Positions 59,730-64,000 of a stretch of DNA of 64,000 bases are shown here, piece by piece. The position numbers and the translations under genes are program-made. Within the stretch, counting starts at the first letter, position 1. Each line of letters starts with the position of its first letter. The DNA comes from Lama glama (lineage: Eukaryota), in NCBI GenBank assembly GCA_028534125.1, contig CM052831.1:682001-746000 (forward strand), written 5' to 3'. Under the pieces are notes generated by a model. The model had not been told where the DNA came from and made no database searches. It saw nothing but the letters and a program-made list of their open reading frames with translations.

Positions 59730-60355
59730 GTTAAATGAAATGTTACTCAGCCACGAGAAAGGAGGAGATCCTGCCATTGGTGTCACCTTGGCGGACCTTC
59801 AGGGCGTTAGGCCAAGTGAGGTAAGTCAGAGGAAGACGAACACTGCACGCGCTCACTTACATGTAGCATCTAACGGAGCTGAACTCGGGAAAGCGGGGCG
59901 GGGCGGGCGAGAGGGGGACGGGGTCGGCCAGGGGCGCTCTGGGTGTGTTCAGATGTCGGATTACAGTGCTCTGCACCTGCAACTTAGATACTTGTTTTAA
60001 AAAAGAGAAGTGGTTTTTGCACACCAGGGACTGGGGTGCAGGGGGAATGGGTAGACGGTCGAAGGGAACCAACTTCCAGCTAAAAGACTAACCAGTTCTG
60101 GGGAGCCGCCACGCAGCCTGGTGATTAACGCTAGCAACACTGCACTGTGTACTCGCAAGCTGCAAAGAGAGTAGATCTTAAACGTTCTCACACAGAAGTG
60201 TAATTACGTGGCGGGCGGAGGTGTTAGGACCGAGGTGTCAGCCAGTGCTGCGGTGGTGATCGTTCTGCGAGATGTAAATGCATCAAATCAGCACTTGTGC
60301 TCCTTAAACTGACACAGCGTTCTGCATCAGCTGCATCTCAGTAAAGCTGGAAACA
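59730..60355 (+). mobile_element. L1MA-type 3' UTR
   Basis: 'ttactcagccacgagaaaggaggagatcctgccatt', 'agagagtagatcttaaacgttctcacac', 'catctcagtaaagctgg'. Confidence 0.8.
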
Positions 60356-60389
60356 GCAGGAAATGCGAGAAAAGACAGACAGGTCAGTG

Positions 60390-60710
60390 CATCGTGTCAG
60401 CTCAGGCCGCGTGACTGCAGTGTCCTGGAGGTGGGAATCTCAGGTCACGGTGTCCCCAGGCTGGCTTCTCCCCAGGCCTCGCTCCTTGCTGCATAGACGG
60501 CCGTCTTCTCCTTGCCCCCACACAGGCGTCCCTCTGGGTGTGTCTGTGTCCTGATCGCTTCTCGTAAGAACACCAGCCGTACTGACCTGGGCCACCCTGA
60601 TAACCTCATTTTAAGTTAGTCACGTCTTTAAAGACCCCCATCTCCAAATAGAGTCCCATTCTGAAGTGTTGGGTTTCAGCCTCCACATCGGGGGCAGGGG
60701 CGCAGCTCGG
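60390..60710 (-). mobile_element. MLT1A/B-like LTR
   Basis: 'tgtgtctgtgtcctgatc...taagaacaccag...acctcattttaa...tttaaagacccccatctccaaatagagtc'. Confidence 0.75.
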
Positions 60711-61019
60711 CCAGCTGGATGTCACATAAGCAGAAGTCACTCAGACGTCAGGAAGGGAGGCCACACGCAGCTCCAGGACCACGTGGTGCTCAGGAAGCTC
60801 GACCCCGAAACCTAATGCTGCCCCGTGCGTTGTGCATATTCAGCCTCCCAGGTGTCCCCCAGTTTGCCACCACCCAGGGTCTGATCCAGCCTGCGTGTGA
60901 TGACGTCTTGTCTCCTTCAGCCCAGAACGTTCCTCTGGGAAAGCGGGAGACGAGGAGCCGGCAGAGGGCTGCTTCCACGGTGGGCCGTGCGGGAACGGTC
61001 TGTGGCTCTTACGTACGCT

Positions 61020-61700
61020 TCTCATTTTGATAAAAACAACCAAAGATCCATTTTAAAAAACACGTCAGCATCCAGCCAAAGCATGGTTCCCACTCGTGAG
61101 AGCGGCAGAAGCGTCGTCCCCAACGCGTGAATTCGCGGTGCCGACCCTCCTGAGAACTCAGCGGGAACAGATTCCACCGAGTCGGGATTCGGGAACGGCA
61201 GGGCTAAGTGAGGAAGGAAGGAGACTCTGCCTACGGACGGTGGTTCTTGGAAAAGAAGGTGCCTAGCGATAAAGCCCACGAGCAAATTAAAGATGAAGGC
61301 GGAATCTGAAACACGAGGTGCGCCTGTGGCAGCCCCGCTGCGGGGAGGGCGGGCGGCACAGGCTGACCTCGTCCACACGGAGGGGAATCGGGCGCGCGTC
61401 CCTCTGGGCGCTCGTGTTACAGCACGTGCCCCTGGAGAACGAAGGTGAACCGGCGAAATTAACCCCAAGGCACAAACCTTCCCGACCACCGGAGGGAGGC
61501 TCGGAGAGCGAAGCTGAAAGGGCTGAAGGCAGACAGGCGGGCCGGAGCCGAGAAGCCCGGCAGCAAGACCGGGCACTGCGCTGTGACCCAAACCCAAAGG
61601 TAACGGTCTTTTTAAGCAAAACACCTAAGGCGGAACGACACAGAAAGTGCGCAGAGAAGTGGATGGCCGTGTAGTTCGGTCAGACCACAGAGAGAGCAGG
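61020..61700 (+). mobile_element. GC/CpG-enriched old L1 ORF2 C-terminal fragment
   Basis: 'ttttaagcaaaacacctaaggc...gagaagtggatgg' (FLxKTPKA..KW-like). Confidence 0.5.
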
Positions 61701-61719
61701 GAATCAAAATAAAAGTCAG

Positions 61720-61890
61720 AGGGGGAAGGTCGAGCGGGTGCTTCGCACGCACGAGGCCCTGGGCTCAGTGCCCAGTCCCTCCACGTAAATAAATATCTGA
61801 GTACAGAGTAAATAAATAAATAAACAAATACATAAATAAAATAAACCCAGTAATCTCCCCCCTCAAAAACAACAACAAAACAAAAACAGA
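61720..61890 (+). mobile_element. Vic-1-type SINE, degenerate head
   Basis: 'gagcgggtgcttcgcacgcacgaggccctgggctcagtgccc', (TAAA)n, 'aatctcccccc', (CAAAA)n. Imperfect TSD AAAATAAAAGTCA/AAAATAAGGTCA. Confidence 0.75.
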
Positions 61891-62136
61891 AAAATAAGGT
61901 CACGTGAAGGAGCAGGGCCACCGTGGCTCAGGAGCCAGGCTGTGCCGCGGGGCGGAGCCGACCGGCTGCCCGGGGCCCGGCTCCTCCTCCCGCCCCAGCT
62001 GCAGCCCAGCTGAGGGAGGACTTCCTGGAGGGGCAGCGGCGTTTGTGACGCTGTGATGTCCGGGGCTCCCAACGGCGGGGCGAGCGGGGGGCGGACAGCA
62101 CCCCAGTCCTGGGCAGGTGACCCGACCAGCCAGGGC

Positions 62137-62218
62137 CCTGGGGTGCGTCTGGGGGTCCAGGTCCTGGGGGTGCGTGTGGGGGTCCAGGCCCTGGGGGTGC
62201 ATCTGGGGGTCCAGGTCC
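62137..62218. repeat. 27-bp minisatellite x3, G-run rich
   Basis: Unit ~CCTGGGGGTGCGTCTGGGGGTCCAGGT. Confidence 0.85.
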
Positions 62219-62479
62219 GACCGGCTCACCTCTGGGCACAGGCATGGGCAGCGCCCTACCGCCCCGGGGCTCCCTGCCCAGGACACCCACCTCACGTCTG
62301 TGTCACTGAGACCCACAGGGCCCTCCCCTCCCCGGGGAGGACCCTGCCCTGCCCAGCCGGTTAAGCTGCAGCCGCCACGCCCCGGCCCCCACTTCCCTGT
62401 GTCACTTCTACTTACTGCCTTCTAGGCAGGCATCCGCCCTCACCCGCTGCACCCCGCCCTCCCTTCCGGCCTCTGGCCG

Positions 62480-63520
62480 CCGCCAGCCCGTTCTCTGAAT
62501 CTGTGGGTTCAGCTCTTTCAGAGTCCACGTGTGAGTGAGGTCACACCGCGCTGGTCTTCCTCCGTCTGGCCGACTTTGCTCGGCACGATGCCTTCGGGGT
62601 CCGTCCGCGATGTCACAGGTGGCGAGACTGCCTTCTTCTCTGTGGCTGAACAGCGTCCCACTGTGTACACACCCACGTTTGCTTTTCTTTCGTTGAAGGA
62701 CACTGGATGTACAGCGTTGTGTTAGCCTCCAGTGTGCAGCCTAGCGGCTCATTTATACGTGTGTACACGTTGTTTTCGTACTGTTTTCATTGTGGGTTAT
62801 TACGAGATCTTGAATGTGGTTCCCTGCGCTGCGCGGTAGGTCCTGCTGTTTGTTTCGTATGTAGTCGCTGGTGTCTGCCCCCCTTTCCCCCCAGTGATCA
62901 AAGCTTTGTTTTCTGTGATGTGAGTCTGCATCTGTTTTGTAAGCAGGTTCATCTGTGTCACCTTTCCGCTCCCGCGTGTAAGTGAGTTCACACGGCGTCT
63001 GCTTTCTCTGTCCGACCCACTTCGCTTAGTACAGCAATCCCCAGGTCCGTGCATGTTGCTGCAAATGGCGTTGCTTCATTGTTCTTTCCCCCCCAGGGCG
63101 CAAGTTTATTTGGCATTTGGATGAAATAGTTCTCATTATCTTATTCTTTTTATGGCTGAGTAGTATTCTGTCGTACAATGTACCACAACTTCTTCATCCA
63201 GCCATCTGTCGGTGGCCGTGTAGGTTGCTTCCATGTCCTGGCTGTTGTAAACAGATGCCACGTTCTCTTTATCCATTCATCCGTCAGTGGGCATTTAGGT
63301 GTTTCTGTATCTTGCCTGCTATAAACAATGCTGCAGTGAACGCGGGTGTGCAGGTGTCTCTGGAGTTAGCGATTCTGCTTCCTTCAAATACACACCCAGG
63401 AGTGGAGCTGCTGGACCCGCCAGTGGTTCTGTTCTTTTCATTTTCCATCGTGGCTGCACCAGTTGGCGTTCCCACGGCCAGCCTGTTCCAGTCCCGACAT
63501 CTGTTGTCTTTCCAGCCTCT
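62480..63520 (-). mobile_element. Old L1 3' end with a nested younger cetartiodactyl L1 3' UTR (~62705-63240)
   Basis: 'gagtccacgtgtgagtgaggtcacac', 'atcttgaatgtggttccctgcgctgcgcggtaggtcc', 'ccaggtccgtgcatgttgctgcaaatggc'. Confidence 0.75.
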
Positions 63521-64000
63521 TCTAAGGCTCCCAGGGTGTCTCTCCCCTTTGCCTCCATGCCCACCTCTGCCGGAGGTGGGGGCAGGGCCCCGCCAGTGCT
63601 GAGCCATGGGGCGCTGAGAGGGTGGGCAGCACTGGGAGCGGGGCCGCTGTCCGCGCCGTCCCCGGGGAGCCCCCGCCTCCGATGGCAGAGGAGAGACCAA
63701 GACGCAGATTTTGCGCCTCTGATGGCAGCTGCAGGGAAGGGGTGTTGGCCTTTACAAAACGTAGGCCTTGGTAGCTGAATTTAAATCAAATGTGGTTTCG
63801 ATATCAATCCAAATAGCCTAGGCAGAAGGGCTGAGGGATTTTCTTCTTGAAATCATAAAAGGATGGAGAAGACCTGCGGATGTAACAGCTGAGACTCAGT
63901 GAGATGGTGAGAGATTTGGGGGATCTAAAGAATCCACCTGGGCTCCTGGATGACAGGGGTGCCAGTCACAGCAGCGCGGAGACAGGCAGGAGCCCCCGCT

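Overview
Mammalian, GC-rich, repeat-dense, gene-poor genomic DNA, most likely camelid: three tRNA-derived Vic-1-type SINEs, at least two with clear target-site duplications (TSDs), plus cetartiodactyl-type L1 3' ends. One protein-coding gene is supportable: a minus-strand PRR20-family gene (PRR20G-like). Its real start exon (MEERPSKR..., 20285-20237) is missed by the ORF track and splices to a 569-nt last coding exon, giving ~205 aa. It has a CpG-island promoter with TATA, CCAAT, GC boxes and a DUX-like motif. The rest is mostly old L1/L2/MIR, MaLR/ERVL LTRs and DNA-transposon relics. Notable elements: a solo LTR with a periodic CCAAT array plus octamer and TATA (8112-8772); a decayed class-I ERV (gag-pro-IN-env-LTR, RT/RNaseH apparently deleted; 42791-~47040); a ~170-bp polyadenylated retrocopy of an unidentified mRNA 3' end; a probable hAT transposase fossil; and a 164-N gap. 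No clearly novel system can be demonstrated. The best lead is a possible early-embryo/germline regulatory module around PRR20G. All family assignments come from remembered consensus or protein motifs rather than database searches, and repeat boundaries are approximate.
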